DNA of 30,136 nucleotides from Chlamydiota bacterium (GTDB lineage Bacteria; Chlamydiota; Chlamydiia; Chlamydiales; JAJFMB01): NCBI GenBank assembly GCA_021772355.1, contig JAJFMB010000014.1, positions 1 to 30,136 of the forward strand, read 5' to 3'. Shown piece by piece: positions 29,101 to 30,136 of this stretch (position 1 is its first letter; each line of letters starts with the position of its first letter). The notes under the pieces were generated by a model. It saw only the letters and a program-made list of their open reading frames with translations, ran no database searches and was not told where the DNA came from. The position numbers and the translations under genes were made by a program.

Positions 29101-29783
29101 CACACGTAATGGAGAAAGAATCTGAGCTGACAATTATAAGGGGAAATCTCACAGCAGCCCAGGCCGAGGTAAACTCCTCTCAAGAAGTGTACCACATGAT
29201 GCAGGAAACTTTAGCTCAGTACAATGAGGAGTGTCAACGTGTGGAAACATTAAACGCTCAGTTAGCGGCAGCAGAGCAAAAGATTCAACTGACTGAAAAT
29301 GAGCTAAATCAAAAACAACAGCATATTGCCAGTCAAGATAGTGCTTTGGAAGAGCAGACACAACAACTCGTTAATGCACTCAATGAGCAAAAAAATCAAA
29401 CAGATCAGGCACTACAGTCTCTTCAAGAAGCGTTGGTGAAATTTGATCGAGAGCAGAACCATGTTAAGAGCTTGGAAATACAGTTGCAAGAGGCAGAGCA
29501 AGCACAGTCACGGCTTGCGGAAAAAAATTCCATGCTCGATGTAAAAGAAGAAGAACTACAATCAATCATGGAAAGCTACTCCTCTCTTCATAACGAGCTG
29601 GCTCAAGAAATCGAACAACTTAAAAACTCTCTGTATTCAGAAAAGCAAGAGAGGGAAGTTCTTTCAAAAGAGTTACAAGAAATTATGGCCAACTACACTG
29701 CCGAACAGCAGTACTCTCATGAACTTGAGCAGCAGCTATCAGATTTAGACACTACCGAGAATGCCATCACCGCATCAAACTAG
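26130..29783 (+). CDS. Very long coiled-coil protein with a single N-terminal membrane anchor
   Basis: TM segment IITLFSSLILLLICLVGVEIF followed by >1000 aa of E/Q/L/K/S heptads. No Walker motifs, so not a true SMC. ATG 26130 preferred over TTG 26115. Confidence 0.85.
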   Translation: MQDHSSSPQNHKQKPPHNQFKNNMIITLFSSLILLLICLVGVEIFRSNRTPQKYAEAKVSMKKPLRIASSKQRNMSFSDGIGAKGSNHIALETNPTKSFESLRFTQLEKSLAEKEALHLQANETIHSLNHEIDIAQKKIKLMDLTLDTLANRLEMQRAEKEKIELNYREQMFKLSDEAQAKTEQINHEMQESLARQQELETNLQAKIAKINKLTAAWKKQEKTLLNQAEEILKLNTHIEDNLSQEIVSLTSSVEFEKSQNKKLLQTLDETKQSLNSELADTREALYLALSDLEDSNARMDEAFIGEAELMKLVSDRDTSLALKSLEFETLFDNYAKLEKDMSQEMQNLAFFIDLEKSSSKQLHQQLAQALNKCEEEKHRAQELEAKLQMVIKQVQESEENSMAQNALSVSKQNELQKIVDALSAAEVESKDQLEFLTLLSEVEQLKSQQSLQELYDEQMRSHELYQALRDSQEQNQKLSEQLTEQYALYGQVETEMMLSVNNLKSNLELERSRVQELSQDLKNTVAQYQDERERAYELEEVLIMSIERAQVLEENLEQHRSLLASKENEIKLNSQEYTSLVSLEAQRKEEALSTIVIEQARVENLETELAQERGKVQQLQSELEMQRTLLTEKQKESSETTRELTDALENQKTKTNELSYSLENLDLAKQKYEEEIAELRISLSAEEARSEEIANALKDAFTEHYTQQQQTQDLEEKLSVALEKAELLEKELEVQLANLNQKEHAVSLSSEKEQEQARELRSTINLKASLEAELSERTQDLIECRENIARSMELQQELQQQLSEEQDKVTLLENERAQYPINEIQGTLAVLSTELAEKEQKASELEDKLQAANAKMASLESDMTEQQERFALKEKELLSSSENEQIIEDLKEQLSSARDQAHQVEALLMDQKSLALQKEQQQEAIAEELSSNKGRVWELEQQLADVFNQAERIDQDTQAANHLKISSLEEELKVAADRALELESEITSQRAHVMEKESELTIIRGNLTAAQAEVNSSQEVYHMMQETLAQYNEECQRVETLNAQLAAAEQKIQLTENELNQKQQHIASQDSALEEQTQQLVNALNEQKNQTDQALQSLQEALVKFDREQNHVKSLEIQLQEAEQAQSRLAEKNSMLDVKEEELQSIMESYSSLHNELAQEIEQLKNSLYSEKQEREVLSKELQEIMANYTAEQQYSHELEQQLSDLDTTENAITASN

Positions 29784-29846
29784 GATAGCAAAATAAAACT
29801 GTCAATTTTACAACAGATATATCCTCTCTTTTAAGCAATGTTAGGA

Positions 29847-29875
29847 TTGACGAAAACTTTTAAACCCTTTATATT
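29847..29875 (+). promoter_or_regulatory. Putative sigma66 promoter of tRNA-Leu
   Basis: TTGACG-17 bp-TATATT upstream of the tRNA. Confidence 0.65.
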
Positions 29876-29891
29876 CTTCCTTATCGTCTAT

Positions 29892-29973
<82 letters not shown>

Positions 29974-29982
29974 AAGCATTAG

Positions 29983-30014
29983 GGAACATATATTGCATAT
30001 GTTCCTTTTTTTTT
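29983..30014 (+). terminator. Rho-independent terminator after tRNA-Leu
   Basis: GGAACATAT-ATTGC-ATATGTTCC followed by nine T. Confidence 0.85.
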
Positions 30015-30136
30015 AATTGCGACCGGCTGGCATTCGGCTGCTTCGCGCCAAGTACGCTGCACGAGAGGCAGCTACGTAGATACACGATCACGACGGCGCG
30101 CGTGCACGGGCGCCTGCGTGTCTGCGCGTCTCACGT

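Noticed and set aside
293-29361. Many 60-142 aa ORFs antisense to or out of frame within the long genes (e.g. 293-529, 8751-9056, 10304-10732, 12339-12692, 22261-22554, 23363-23698)
   Set aside because: They are shadow ORFs fully inside well-supported genes, with no motifs or RBS.
26130-29783. Annotation as chromosome segregation protein SMC
   Set aside because: No Walker A/B, signature motif or hinge, and it has an N-terminal TM anchor. Any similarity would be generic coiled coil.

Overview
This looks like a chromosomal window from an environmental chlamydia (phylum Chlamydiota). That is inferred from a chlamydial-style SpoIID, MgtE, TPR/YyaL gene set, an Inc-like protein and LcrH-chaperone/translocator genes. 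From left to right it holds: (1) a TPP-riboswitch-controlled thiamine operon on the minus strand (THI5/NMT1-type HMP-P synthase, thiD, thiO, thiS, thiG, and a thiE-like gene cut by the window edge and missed by the ORF track); (2) a DUF1761-like membrane protein, queA and a SpoIID-like gene; (3) two convergent, effector-like orphan genes; (4) ruvB and an NSS/SNF transporter; (5) a compact four-gene type III secretion translocon operon (putative Bsp22/EspA-like tip-filament protein, SycD/LcrH chaperone and two short hydrophobic translocators); (6) a DOT1-like SAM methyltransferase, a PurT carrying an unexpected N-terminal signal peptide, mgtE and typA; (7) an IncA-like protein, a long TPR protein, YyaL, a ~1200-aa membrane-anchored repetitive coiled-coil protein and tRNA-Leu(TAG), followed by an abrupt GC-rich tail. 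The best candidates for new biology are the translocon operon with its Bsp22-like gene, the signal-peptide PurT, the THI5 operon and the possible LirA/MavJ-like effector. All homology calls come from recalled motifs, not database searches.
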